Assembly: GCF_006345805.1 (NCBI RefSeq)
Contig: NC_043022.1
Location: 1,116,001-1,180,000, forward strand
Length of the DNA stretch: 64,000 bases
Reading direction: 5' to 3'
From: Octopus sinensis
Lineage: Eukaryota
A model generated the notes under the pieces. That model was not told the origin of the DNA and searched no databases. It saw only the letters and a program-made list of their open reading frames with translations. Positions 10,384 through 23,196 of the stretch are shown here, piece after piece (position 1 is the stretch's first letter; each line of letters begins with the position of its first letter). The position numbers and the translations under genes are program-made.

Positions 10384-10974
10384 TCACCCCACCACATACA
10401 GACGAGCAGTTATCACCATCATCATTATCATCATCATAATTTACACGTTAACACAGAAGCATTTGTATCTATCTATCTGTGTCCGTTGATCTTTGTGAAC
10501 AGTAATCCCTCTCTCCTTACCTCCCTCCCTCTCTCTGTCATTCTCTCTTTCTCTCTCTCTCTAATACCATCTCTATTTTTGGAGTCAATACAGCAAGAAT
10601 GACGCCCACACATGCCAGACGAGTCACTGCTTACTGACATCATTCAACCAATTTCTATTTTGGTAACCAAGCAAAGAGAGTTTAATGCACAAATTATCGT
10701 TGTTTTAGCTAAACTGTAAGAAGCGGGGGACGATGCTGCCAGGAGGGGTGGAATCAAAAATTTTTCGGCGCGGCAGGGGTGGGGGGGAAGTGAGAATTTT
10801 TTTGGTTTTTCCACTTCAATTTCTGTTTATTTTTTGTTTCTTTATAATTATTTTTCTTGATGGGGAGAAGGGATTGTTTTTTCTACATTCCCCGTAAATT
10901 TAACAAAATATATTCATCACATATATATATTTCATCTTTTATATTTGGATGAAAGCCACTCACTGACATTTTTC

Positions 10975-11124
10975 TCTTTTATATATATATATATAAATAT
11001 ACACACACACACATATATATATACATATACATATATACATATATATACACATATATATATATACATATATATATACACATATATATATACATATATACAT
11101 ATATATATACATATATATATATAC

Positions 11125-11157
<33 letters not shown>

Positions 11158-11188
11158 CATACATATATATATATATATATATACATAC

Positions 11189-11219
<31 letters not shown>

Positions 11220-11385
11220 CATACATATATATATATACATACATATATATATACATACATATATACACACACACATACATATATATGTACATACATTTAT
11301 ACATACATATATGCATATATATATATGTGTGTGTATGTATATATGTGCATGCTTGTGTTTATACACACACACACGCATATAGTAG
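10975..11385. repeat. (TA)n/(TACA)n microsatellite
   Basis: Direct inspection. Confidence 0.95.
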
Positions 11386-11509
11386 AATATAATTGAAATA
11401 TACTTATTAGTCAGTAAGTTTAACAAATTCATTCATGTAGCAGTAACTTTGGTACAAATTTGTTTTCATATGACTAGTTTTTATTATTATTATTATTGTT
11501 GTTCTTGTT

Positions 11510-11566
11510 GTTAAGAAGGGGAGCTGGCAGAATGGTTAGATTCTTTTCCTTATTTATATATATATA

Positions 11567-11604
<38 letters not shown>

Positions 11605-12390
11605 TATATATATACCAGTTAATCCAAACATGAAAACACATTTTGCCAGGCAAAATGCTTAGCGGCATTTTTTTCTAGCTTTACGTTCTGAGTTCAAATT
11701 CCGCTGAGGTCGACTTTGCTTTTCATCCTTTATGGGGTCAATAAAACAGGTACCAGTTCAGTACTGGGGTCGATGTAATTAACTAGTCCCCTCCACCAAA
11801 ATTTCAGGCCTTGTGCCTTTTGTACAAAGGATTATTATTATTATTATTGTTGTTGTTGTTAGAGCTATATGTTTTCAAATTCTGCCACGGTTAACTTTGC
11901 CTTTCATCCTATCGGGGTCGATTAAATAAGTACCAGTTACGCACTTGTACTAGTTATGGTCTTGTGGCAAAAATTTGAAATCATTATTATTATTAGGACA
12001 CTCACCTGGCAGTTTGTCTGTCTTTCAGTTCCGAGTTCAAATTCGTCCGAGATCGACTCTGCCTTTCGTCCTTCCAGGGTCAAACTGACTGAGTAACCCC
12101 TCTCTTCCTTTAAAATTTCAGGCCTTGTACCTGTAGTAGAAAAGATTATTATTATTATTGTTGTTGTTGTTAAAGCGGCAGGCTGGCAGAATCGTTAGCT
12201 GGATGAAATGCTTCGTGGTATTTCCCCTGTCACTACATTCTGAGCTCAAATTCTGTCCAGGTCAATCTTGCCTTTCATACTTTTGGGGGTGGATAAATTA
12301 AATACCAGTGAAACACTGGGGTCCATATAATCAACTAGTCCCCACCCCACAAATTTGAAGCCTTGTGCCTTCAGTAGATAGGATTATTGT
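11510..12390 (+). mobile_element. Head-to-tail cluster of four SINE-B copies/fragments
   Basis: Repeated gagttcaaattc ... gcctttcatcc ... ggggtc units at about 11510, 11860, 12000 and 12170, each ending in (ATT/GTT)n. Confidence 0.8.
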
Positions 12391-12774
12391 TGCTGTTGTT
12401 CTTGTAATTGTCAAAAGCTGGTGGTTGAAAGCCAAACAAATTGCCTTCAAAACTACAGCTGACCCCTGTGAAACTCAACATCTCAAGTGCCTGAGTTCGT
12501 TTACTCATGGCTGCATCACGGGGGTTCAGTCATGGACTCTGCCCCTCCTTTTAGACTCACAAACAACAACAAAAAAATCTTTACTTTTTTAACATGAATT
12601 TCTTTTTTTTCATCTTCTAATCCTATTTTAGGTCCTCAATGTGAAATCTCCTTCTTGGATACAAAGGCAGAACTTGCTGACAAGGACTAACCATCATATA
12701 GTGCTACATTTCAGCTGGTGTCATAAGAAGAATTCACAGAACGAAATAGATAAATAAATAAATAAACAAACAGA

Positions 12775-13402
12775 CAAAGGTGCAGAGGTGTGGTTCAGAA
12801 ATTTGCTTCCCAACCCCATGGTACTACATGGTTCCAGGTTCAGTCCCACAGTGTGACACCTTGGGCAAGTGTCTTCTACTATAGCCTTGGGCCGGCCAAA
12901 GACTTGTGAGTGGAGTTGGTAGACGGAAACTGAAAGAAGCTCGTTGTATATGCATGTGTGTGTGAGTGAGTGTTTTTGCACCCACCCACCCCCGGCATCG
13001 CCACTTGATAACCAGTGCTGGTGTGTTTACATCCCTGTAACTTAGCAGTTCTGCAAAGGAGGCCAATAGAATATGTTCTAAAGCATTAAAAAAAAAAATC
13101 CTAGGGTCAATTTGTTTGCCTAAAGCCCTTCAAGGCAGTGCCCCAGCATGGCCACAGTCTAATGACTGAAACAAGTGTAAAGATAAATAAATAAAGAATG
13201 AAAAAGAAAGAAAGAAAGAAAGAATGGAAAGAAACAAAAAAAGAATGAAAAGAAAGAAAGAAAGAAAGAATGGAAAGAAAGAATGAAGAGAAAGAAAGAA
13301 AGAACGAAAAGAAAGAAAGAAAGAAAGAATGGAAAGAAAGAAAGAATGGAAAGAAAGAAAGAATGGAAAGAAAGAAAGAATGGAAAGAAAGAAAGAAAGA
13401 AA
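12775..13402 (+). mobile_element. Diverged SINE-A followed by (GAAA)n
   Basis: SINE-A motifs 12775-13195, then a purine microsatellite. Confidence 0.8.
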
Positions 13403-13776
13403 CAATATAGAGATACTTTATTCTCCAAACTCATTCAAAGAAAATAGACGAAATTATCCTGAAACTGGATCTGTGAGTGAAACCCCACCAGGGTGGGACC
13501 AATAAAAACTGTTGACTTTAGAGATTTAGCAGAGCATGTCAACCACAGCTACTTATAATAGTCTTCTAACACCACCCATTATAAGAAGCAATGGATGGAA
13601 GGGGAGACCTGCACATGGTCACTTGGACAGTTAGAAATAGCAGTGAAGTTTCCTCAAATCACAAACTGCGATGACTTGAAACAAGGAAGGGACATATTAG
13701 GATAACATACGAAGAGAATAACAAGGTGTATTTATATCTGTTTAAAGCTCCACAGCAAAAGGCTTAAGAACTCTAA

Positions 13777-14174
13777 TCTCTATATATATAAAGCTGAAGT
13801 TGTCTGTGTGCGCCAGGTTTGGTAGCCTTCAACTAACACTATCTCCTCCGAGATCCTGCAGCGCAAGTTGACCAAAATTGAGAGTATGATAGAAGAAGGC
13901 TTGCTCTTCATTCCGTGGAAGAAAAAATTCAAATCGGACCATTGTTAACACCAAAAATTATTTACATCAAAAAGGTGCTTTTTTTCTATGAAAATCCCTT
14001 TTTTTTACGATTTTTTGACTGCTGTGTCGCCATTTTTCGGTGTATTTCAACCAGAAAAATGTTCACTTAAAGAGAATAACAAGCTACATAATGCAAAATT
14101 TTTACTTTTCAAAAATTCCAATTCTAAAGGTTCGAAACAAACCCGAGCAACACCGGGCAATACTGCTATTTAGT
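13777..14174 (+). mobile_element. Non-autonomous Helitron-like element
   Basis: 5' A|TCTCTATATATATAAAG. 3' hairpin cccg-agcaacac-cggg followed by a degenerate CTAG-like end. Confidence 0.6.
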
Positions 14175-14282
14175 ATATATAGTTGCGTGGAACCTAGGGC
14201 AAGTATCTTCTACTATGGCCCCCAAAGCCAACTGAAGCTTTATGTCTGGATTTAGAAGATAGAAACTGAAAGAAGCCTAGCA

Positions 14283-15045
14283 TATCATCATCATCTTTTA
14301 ACATCTTATATCCATGCTGGCATGGGTTGGACAGCTGGAGAGCTGTCCGGGCTCCATGCCTGTTTTGGCATGGTCACTTAGGCTGGATGCCCTTCCTAAT
14401 GCCAAGCACTTCACTTGTGCCACTGCCATGTACTTTTGCGTGCCACTGACACAGCACTTTTATGTGACACCAGCACAGGTTGGCATCGGCACAGATGTTA
14501 TTTACATGGGACCAGCATGGGTGCTTTTTATGTGACGCTAGCTCAGGTGCTTGTTATGTGGCACGATCACAGGTTGGTACCAGCACAGGTGTTATTTATG
14601 TGGAACCAGCATGGGTGCATTTCACGTGGCACCGGCACGGGTGTTATTTATGCGGAACCAGTAGGGGTGCTTCTTACATGGCACCAGCACAGTTGCTATT
14701 TACATGGCACCAGGACGGGTGCTATTTACATTGCACCAGCACGGGTGCCTTTTACGTGGCGCCGGCACAGGTGCTATTTACATGGCACCAGCTTTTTATG
14801 TGGGACCAGTATGGGTGCTTTTTAATGTGACACCAGCATGACTACTTGTTACATGGCACCAGCACAGATGCTTGCTAAGTGGCACTGGTACAGGCCCTTT
14901 TTGCATGACACCAGCACCCACGAAGCCACAAGGTTAAGATCATTCAGCTGAAGAGGGGTGTATGGGACATGCCCATATACAACGACAGCCACAATTTTAC
15001 TTAGCTTGACATGTCTTCTCAAGCACAGAAAATCACCAGAAGTTT
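14283..15045 (-). mobile_element. RTE 3' UTR with expanded minisatellite
   Basis: Inverted RTE tail at 14283-14430, degenerate approx. 25-30-bp units (ggcaccagcac.ggtgc.ttttatgt) to about 14910, further RTE UTR similarity to about 15045. Confidence 0.7.
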
Positions 15046-15114
15046 CAATCCATATTTATTTTGTTTATTCTTTTACCCATTTCAGACTGCAGATAGATAT
15101 AAATAACAGGGTCA

Positions 15115-15231
15115 CAGCCCCTTCCCATGCAAGACGCTCAGACGGCTGGTTTCCTAGATGCTGTGGTGTATATATACCCCACGTGCATCTAGGAAACCAG
15201 CCTTCTGAGCGTATGGCATGGGAAGAGGCTG
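15115..15231. repeat. 117-bp near-perfect palindrome
   Basis: Arms 15115-15161 and 15185-15231 are reverse complements with few mismatches. Pairing extends to the central tatata. Confidence 0.85.
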
Positions 15232-15239
15232 GTCCATAG

Positions 15240-15390
15240 CGGGATTACTAGTTTTTGTCAGCCTAGTGGACTGAGGCAACATGAAATGAAGTGTTTTTGC
15301 CTCAAAACATGACACATTGCCCAGACCAGGAATTGAAACCACAATCTTGATCATGAGTGCAACAGCCCTAACCACTAAATGAAATGCCTC
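15240..15390 (-). mobile_element. SINE-C fragment
   Basis: Inverted tRNA-like head (ggaattgaaaccac ... ctaaccactaa) and cctcaaaacatgacac motif. Confidence 0.5.
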
Positions 15391-16020
15391 CACAGACAAA
15401 CTGACAGGAAATAAAAGAAGAGACTATTCTGATGTGCTGCATGGCTCATTGACTCCTCCTCACGTAGCATATACCCTGTCCTTCCTCTACTCATGAAGAA
15501 AACTGATAGCTAATCACTATTTAAAACAAACACAAACTAACGCTCAGATGTAACACTTATACTAAATATACAGACAGCATCTTCGTTAGCAATGTGATTA
15601 AATAATATATAAATATTTACATAATGCCAGACGATGCATAAGTAAAGCCAAGATAATTTTCAATTAAATAAACCACAGTTTTTAAGCCTTCCACTGTAAA
15701 ACGTTCAGCAAAAACGTCAGAGATTTTTCTAAAATATTTCACGGTTTGTTAACCAGTGCTTATGAGAAAACAAGGGTTCTGTTATTCCTTCTGCCCATAA
15801 AGAGATAACAAGACGTAGTTTGCATCTGTTGGAAGTTGAAACGAAAAGGAAAGAGTTAAATCCTTAAGTTTAAATATTTCAGATTTATCTCGGGATTTCT
15901 AATGCATGCAATGGTGGGTATGAATATTAACCAATTTTATGTGCATGTGTGTATGTGTATGCATACACACACACACACACACACGCTTATACACACGTAT
16001 ATACATACATACATATATAT

Positions 16021-16415
16021 AGGCACAGGAGTGGCTGTGTGGTAAGTAGCTTGCTAACCAACCACATGGTTCCGGGTTCAGTCCCACTGCGTGGCACCTT
16101 GGGCAAGTGTCTTCTGCTACAGCCCCGGGCCGACCAATGCCTTGTGAGTGGATTTGTTAGATGGAAACTGAAAGAAGCCCGTCGTATATATGTATATATA
16201 AATGTGTGTGCGTGTATGTTTGTGTGTCTGTGTTTGTCCCCCTAGCATTGCTTGACAACCGATGCTGGTGTGTTTACATCCCCCTTACTATCGGCAAAAG
16301 AGACCGATAGAATAAGTGCTGGGCTTACAAAAGAATAAGTCCTGGGGTCGAGTTGCTCGATTAAAGGCGGTGCTCCAGCATGGCCGCAGTCAAATGACTG
16401 AAACAAGTAAAAGAG
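16021..16415 (+). mobile_element. SINE-A full length
   Basis: High similarity to 878-1277. Confidence 0.9.
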
Positions 16416-16416
16416 A

Positions 16417-16620
16417 TATCATCATCATCGTTTAATGTCCGCTTTCCATGCTAGCATGGGTTGGACGATTTGACTGAGGACTGGCGAACCAGATGGCTGC
16501 ATCAGGCTCCAATCTGATTTGGCAGAGTTTCTACAGCTGGATGCCCTTCCTAACGCCAACCACTCCAAGAGTGTAGTGGGTGCTTTTATGTGCCACCGGC
16601 ACGAAGGCCAGTTAGGCAGT
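16417..16620 (-). mobile_element. RTE 3' tail fragment
   Basis: catcatcatcgtttaatgtccgctttccatgctagcatgggttgg is the inverted RTE terminus. Confidence 0.8.
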
Positions 16621-16649
16621 ACTATATGTATATGATTGATTGATTCTAG

Positions 16650-17125
16650 TTTCAGCTTACGAGCTGTGGCCATGCTGGGGCACTGCCATTTGGTGTTGCT
16701 ACATGATTTTACTGCATGAATGCTTTTTAGCAATTGCCATTTGGTGCATGAGAGAGTTCGATGCAGCTGCCCTCATCTGCACCTCCTGCCGTGAAGTTGG
16801 TTCATCTGGGACACCTGACAGGAAGAGATCCAGTTTCATTTTAAAGACATCTGCATCCACCCCATGCAGGTCTCTCAGGTCCTTCGGGAGGATATTGAAG
16901 AGCTGTGGGCCTCGGAAGCCCAGGCTATCACAGTATCTTGTCCTACATCTTGATGGCAAATTTGGAGTCCTTGGCACCACGCAGTGGCACCCAGTTCTGG
17001 CATACGAGGGCATGCTGAAGAGTTCCTGGTGTTCAGGGTATTGTGAAAGGCCTGGTTGGTGGTGCTCAACATTCCGAGTTCTTTTGCAGGGTTTAGAAAA
17101 GCTGAAGGAACCCTACAATAAGTGA
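16650..17125 (-). pseudogene. CR1-group LINE ORF2 C-terminal fragment
   Basis: SLGFRGPQLFNILPKDLRDLHGVDADVFKMKLDLFLSGVPDEP resembles the CR1-group C-terminal domain. Confidence 0.75.
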
Positions 17126-17276
17126 GTGAATTTGAGAGGGGAATATGTTGAATAAAATCATAATTAACTGAGCCTCTTATATTTTCTTTTATTCAAAGCC
17201 AGAAGCTTTTCTGCATCACCTCATATATGTATGTGTACACATGTGTGTGTATGTGTATATATATATATATTTACAT

Positions 17277-17490
17277 ACGAGGTTTGATCAATAAGTATCC
17301 GGACCGCTGCCATAGTAATGAAGCTAAAGCTTGCAGAATGAAACGGCTTGGCAAAGATTAACTATGAACTTTGCTGTGCATGCCACTAAGTTTTAACGTT
17401 CTAGTTCATTTCCACTGTTTATGATCACACGCTACACACCTTCCTTCCAAGCACTGCTTTAAACAGCGGAAGTGAGCTAGGATGTATAAA
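17277..17490 (+). mobile_element. mariner-like transposon terminal fragment
   Basis: TA followed by cgaggtttgatcaataagtatccggac, resembling a mariner TIR. No partner TIR found. Confidence 0.5.
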
Positions 17491-17521
17491 TAGCAATATA
17501 TACAATATATATATATATGCG

Positions 17522-17552
<31 letters not shown>

Positions 17553-18859
17553 GCAATATATATGTATATATACAATATATATATGCAATATATACAATAT
17601 ATATGCATATATGCAATATATACAATATATATGTATATATACAACATATATATGCAATATATACAATATATATATATATATGCAATATATACAATATATA
17701 TATATAAGTTGATAACCGGTGTTGGTTTGTAACTTCGCGTCCCTGTTACCTAGCGTTTGGTAGGAGCGACTGATAGAGAAAGTATCAAATTTAAGAGAAA
17801 TATTAGTACTGAGAGCGATTTGTTAGATTAAAAATCTTCAAGATGGTGCCCCAGTATGGCTGCAATCCAATGCTTGAAACATGTAAAAGATACAAAAGAT
17901 AAAAGAAGGCAGGACACCTTCGATAATGCTCTTCCACCGCCTGCAAATAATAGACAGATAAGAGGGAACGGTCACGGCTGGAACAGCTTTGAGCATAGGC
18001 TAAACAACAACAACAACATCAACCACAACAATAACCAAATGAACAAAAAAGAAGAACGAGTCCATATTAAAAGAAAAAAAATCATTAAATACTTAAAACT
18101 ACTTCCTTCTCGTCTCACTCCATCGTCATTTCTCGACGATGTCTCACCGCCATATTGCAACAAATTAAACGTCTCGCAAACAAACTCTTTGAACTTGACT
18201 CACTCGAAATTGAAACACTTTACACTTCATGCTTCTCTGATACTTATTTATTTATGCATGCATTTGTTTGTTTGTTGGTTTGTTTGAGTATACACATCTG
18301 TCTGTGCGTCTGATTCATCAAAGATATGTTCTAACATTTACCAAGAGAAGTGGGTAATTGACATTAGCGGTTTTTTTTTATTCGGTAAGAGAGAACGATG
18401 TTAAGTAAGACATAAGTATTAGCTTCTAGACTCACTCATAAGTAGTGTATGTATGTTTCTGTGTATGCGTGTGTATATATGTATATGTGTATGTATGTGT
18501 GTATGCATGTATGTATGCATGCATACATACATATATATATATACTTATACATGTGTGTATGTATCTGTGTGTATACATACATATATATATATATATATAT
18601 GCGTATACACACACTCACACACACATAATAGAAATATGTTACGAAAAGAAAATAGAGATTACAAGTGGAAATTTAAGGGTAAAGTAAGAAGAAAAATAAG
18701 TGAAACTGCACATTGGAAATCAAAAATGTAAAGGCTTTTTATGAAAAGTAACGATAGATAAACTGAGGTAGGAATAAAAGTAATAAAAGTCATTATTGTG
18801 AATTGTTAAAGAGATTTAAAAGCATACCGGTTTCATAAAATTACTAATCATTGCTTTGA

Positions 18860-19198
18860 ATGCACACCGATTACTTTACGGTGTCACGTCTACTAGTCTC
18901 TGAGTAAAAAGATTATGAGTAAGGGAGGTAAGTAGTTCTGGATTTGGTGCAATTAGGGTAGATATAGATCTGTAATGTGAATGGTGTATGGGATGTATGG
19001 GGGTTAGTGGTATAAATTGAAAGGTTAGTAGTGTTCGGTATTATGTTATGTGTTCATATTGAGTTGGGGAAGATATTTATTGATGAAAGTTGCCTCTTTA
19101 TTCATTCTTTGTTGTACTGAGGTGTTTTGTGAACATTGATAGAAGAGGAAAATTAGGAAATTAGGATTAAGATTCCTAGCACACTTTTCTATGTGTTC
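18860..19198 (-). pseudogene. Penelope-like GIY-YIG endonuclease C-terminus and 3' flank
   Basis: EHIEKCARNLNPNFLIFLFYQCSQNTSVQQRMNKEATFINKYLPQLNMNT* (about 19046-19198), with the terminal E...N pattern of PLE GIY-YIG. Confidence 0.55.
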
Positions 19199-19286
19199 AC
19201 TTAACCTGTATCTGTCTGTATTGTGGGTGGGGCGGATTTGTTGTTTGTGGAGAGTGGTTCTTCGATGGAGTGATATTCCTGCTTGG

Positions 19287-19358
<72 letters not shown>

Positions 19359-19604
19359 ATCTCTAAACAAGAAAGAGAATGAAAGAATATATATGGGTGT
19401 GTGTATTTGTGTTCGTTCCATCACCACCACTTGACAACCGGTGTTGGTTTGGTTTCGATCCCGTCATCTAGTAGTTCGGCAAAAGGCAACGAAGACACGC
19501 CCTACGAGTCGATTTGTTCGATTAAGCCTTTCAAAGCAATGCTCTAGCATGGCCGCAGTCAAATGACCGAAACAAGTTGAAACGTTGAGTATTTCACTAG
19601 ACAA

Positions 19605-19955
19605 CATCAATGGAAATTGTAGCTGAGATACCAGTGCCGGCGGCACGTAAGAGAACCGTCCGGACGTGGGCGTTGCCAGCGCCGCCCCGACTGGCCTCCG
19701 TGCCGGTGGCACGTAAAAAGCACCATCCGATCGTGGCCGTTTGCCAGTCTCGTCTGGCACCTGTGCAGGTGGCACGTAAAAAGCACCCACTACACTCTCG
19801 GAGTGGTTGGCGTTAGGAAGGGCATCCAGCTGTAGAAACACTGCTAGATAAGACTGGAAGCTGGCGCAGCCCCCTGGCTTCCCAGACCCCAGTTGAACCG
19901 TCCAACCCATGCTAGCATGGAAAACGGACGTTAAACGATGATGATGATGATGATG
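19605..19955 (+). mobile_element. RTE 3' UTR/tail
   Basis: High similarity to 4530-4903, with (GAT)n tail. Confidence 0.85.
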
Positions 19956-20194
19956 AATGACGACGCAGCCCAGTGTTTCACATGGGGGGGGGCGCTGTAA
20001 GGATTAGAAAAACAACGGTGGTGGAGCAATTGTCATATTTAATGAAAATAAGATGGTTTTTCGACTTATTTTTTTAAAGCTTGTCCAACGTCATGGCGAA
20101 GAAGGAAGAATTGTTTCGTTGCGAAGTTTATTTTGTTTGCTGATTAAGAAACGGAGTGGAGGGGCAGAAAATTTCATTAGCATTTTGTTGTTGT

Positions 20195-20530
20195 TAATGG
20201 TGGTGGTGGTGGTGGTGGTAGTGGCGGTGGTAGTTGTGGTGGTGGTGGTGGTGGTGGTGGTGGTGGTAGTGGCGGTGGTGGTGGTGATGGCGGTGGCAGT
20301 CATGGTGGTAGTTGTGGTGGTGGAAATGGTGGTGGTGGCAGTGGCGGTGGTGGTGGTGATGGCGGTGGTAGCGGTGGTGGCGGTGGCAGTCATGGTGGTA
20401 GTTATGGTGGCAGTGGTGGTAGTGGCGGTGGTAGTTGTGGTGGTGGTGGTGGTGGCAGTGGCGGTGGTGGCAGTGGCAGTGGTAGCGGTGGTGGTGGTGG
20501 CAGTGGCGGTGGCAATGGCGGCGGTGGTTG
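20195..20530. repeat. (GGT)n/(GGC)n microsatellite
   Basis: Direct inspection. Confidence 0.95.
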
Positions 20531-21521
20531 AACTCTGTCAGTTTAAGAATAATTTGTTTAACGTAGAATTTAAAGAAGGAAGAGGAAGAAAGAGCAGGAG
20601 CAATGTGTAAAGGGGGGAGGAGGAAAGGAAAAAGAAGAGGAGGAGGAGGAAGACGAAGTAGAAGAAAAGAGTCAAAAGATGATTTGAGAGAAACTTGACT
20701 TGTCACTCGTTTGAGTGTGATATAAGCAGCATTTGACTATTATTTCTAGCAGATTGACCGACCATGTAACGGTACTTCCGTCCCACCGTTGTTAATTTAG
20801 TTTTAAAAACTTTGTTGCTGTTGTTGTTGTTGTATTTCGGGAGGATCATCACACCATTAATAACACGCATTGGTTCAATTTCACTTCCTTATTATTTGTG
20901 AATTGGTTTGGTTATTTTAGCAACTAATTACTGTTTCTACCCTTCAAATCTCTCACTCCACTGTCTGTCTGTCTGTCTGTCTCCCGTTTCCTTTTCTCTC
21001 ACCCCTCTCCGTCCCTTCTCTCTCCCTCTCTCTTTCTCTCCATCCCTCCCTCTGTCTGTCTGTTTTCTGTCTCTCCCTCTTCCTTTCCCTTTCTCTCTCT
21101 CTCTCTTTGTCCCTCCCTCTCTCTGTCTCCCTCTTCCCCTCTCCCTCCCTCTTTCTCAACCTTCTGGACCGCCTTCCTCTCTGCTCTCGTCTCTCATAGA
21201 TTTCTGTATCGTCGTCGTCCCCCATCTCCCTCATCTCCCCCAACCCAAACCACCACCAAATGAATCAAAGACAGAGAAAAGGAGGAGAGGACCAATGCTT
21301 ACAGTACTCTATACAATGTGCGCTAGAATACTTTGTAACCGAAGCTTGTAAACCAGCGTTTTTCAAACTGTGGACTGCGACCCTTCAGTGGGTCGCGATA
21401 AAAAAAAGGAAAGAAAAATACACAAGTGGATGCAAAGTACAGAATATAAACCATAATCTTTCAAACAATATATATATTCATGGTATCCTTATATATAACT
21501 ATATTTTATATCTTATATCTT

Positions 21522-22230
21522 TGCCAAACACGATTGTACAAACGTGCTTGGCACAATAATAACCTGAAGAACAAAACAAAGATCAGTGTCTACAGGGCCG
21601 TGGTTCTCACCACTCTTCTCTACGGCTCAGAGACCTGGATCAATTACCACAGTCACATCCATCTCCTTGAGCGCTTCCACCAGCGATGTCTCTGCACCAT
21701 CCTCAACATTCACTGGAGTGACTTCGTCACAAACATTGAAGTCTTGGAGAGGGCCGAGATCCCCAGCATTGAAGCCACGCTACTGAAGTACCATCTCCGA
21801 TGGGCAGGGCATGTCTCCAGAATGGAGAACCATCGCCTTCCAAAGATTGCCCTGTTTGGCGAACTCTCCACCGGCCACCGAGTGAGAGGAGCTCCGAGGA
21901 AGCGCTACAAAGACTGCCTCAAGAAGTCTCTAACAGCATGTCATATTGACCACCAATGCTGGTCAGACCTGGCTGCGGACAGTGATGTCTGGCGCCACAC
22001 GATCTTCAACGCAGTCAGCAAGTTTGAGGAACAAAGAAGAGACGCTCTTAAAGACAAGAGACGCAGGAGGAAGGCGCGAGCCACCTCTGACACCACACCG
22101 GATGTTACCTTCGTCTGTGGACACTGCTCACGGACCTGCCTTTCCCATATCGGACTTGTCAGTCATGAGCGTGCATGCACGCGACGTGGACAGCCTTCCT
22201 GGTCTTCGTTCGCGAAGCCGAGCCATGATG
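21522..22230 (+). mobile_element. 5'-truncated RTE (BovB-like) LINE
   Basis: Open frame KISVYRAVVLTTLLYGSETW ... LRWAGHVSRMENHRLPK ... CGHCSRTCLSHIGLVSHERAC (C2H2-like). 12-bp TSD atcttatatctt at 21510-21521 and 22231-22242. Confidence 0.9.
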
Positions 22231-22399
22231 ATCTTATATCTTATATGTAAAGCATAATATGTTATATGTATGTATATTATTGTAATTATCAGTTTAGTAA
22301 ATAAATAAATAAGTTAACATAATATAATGTCTAAAAGTTGATGAACCACCTATTGATCCCCTCCATTTTCTTATTGCTATATATTTTACTCTCTTTTTT

Positions 22400-22799
22400 T
22401 TACTCTTTTTACTTGTTTCAGTCATTTGACTGCGGCCATGCTGGAGCACCGCCTTTAGTCGAGCAACTCGACCCCGGGACTTGTTCTTTGTAAGCCCAGT
22501 ACTTATTCTATCGGTCTCTTTTGCCGAACCGCTAAGTAACGGGGACGTAAACACACCAGCATCGGTTGTCAAGCAATGCTAGGGGAACAAACACAGACAC
22601 ACAAACATATTCACACACACTTATATATATATACATATATATACGACAGGCTTCTTTCAGTTTCCGTCTACCAAATCCACTCACAAGGCATTGGTCGGCC
22701 CGGGGCTATAGCAGAAGACACTTGCCCAAGATACCACGCAGTGGGACTGACACGGAACCATGTGGTTGGTAAGCAAGCTACTTACCAAACAGCCACTCC

Positions 22800-22800
<1 letters not shown>
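22400..22800 (-). mobile_element. SINE-A full length
   Basis: Reverse complement of 878-1277. A second partial copy follows at 22855-23020. Confidence 0.9.
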
Positions 22801-22834
<34 letters not shown>

Positions 22835-23196
22835 TATAAATTATACATACATACACGCGCGACGGGCTTCTTCCAGTTTCCATCGACCAAATTCACTCAC
22901 AAGGTTTTAACCATCACGAGCTAAAGTAGAAGACACTCACCCAAGATGCCACACAGTGGGACTGAACCAGGAACCATGTGGTTGGGAAGCAAGTTTCTTA
23001 CCACACAGCCATGCCTGCACCTATATATGTGTGTGTGCATATATATATATGCAGACAGAGAGAAGAAAGAGAGAAGAAAGAGATGGACGCTTCAATTCTA
23101 TGCTGTTGCCGCATTATGTCGTACGCGAATGAGAGGATTTGCATCCCCAACCAAGAATTTTTGATGTAACACATGTCCTTGTGGAAGCTGTTGTGC

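Noticed and set aside
14430-14910. CRISPR-like repeat/spacer appearance
   Set aside because: Units are contiguous and degenerate with no unique spacers, derive from the RTE UTR, and the context is eukaryotic with no cas genes.
20053-20706. Poly-Val, poly-Thr and poly-His ORFs (also 29396-30585 and 33590-34331)
   Set aside because: (GGT)n/(ACC)n repeats are open in most frames, with no splice or domain support.
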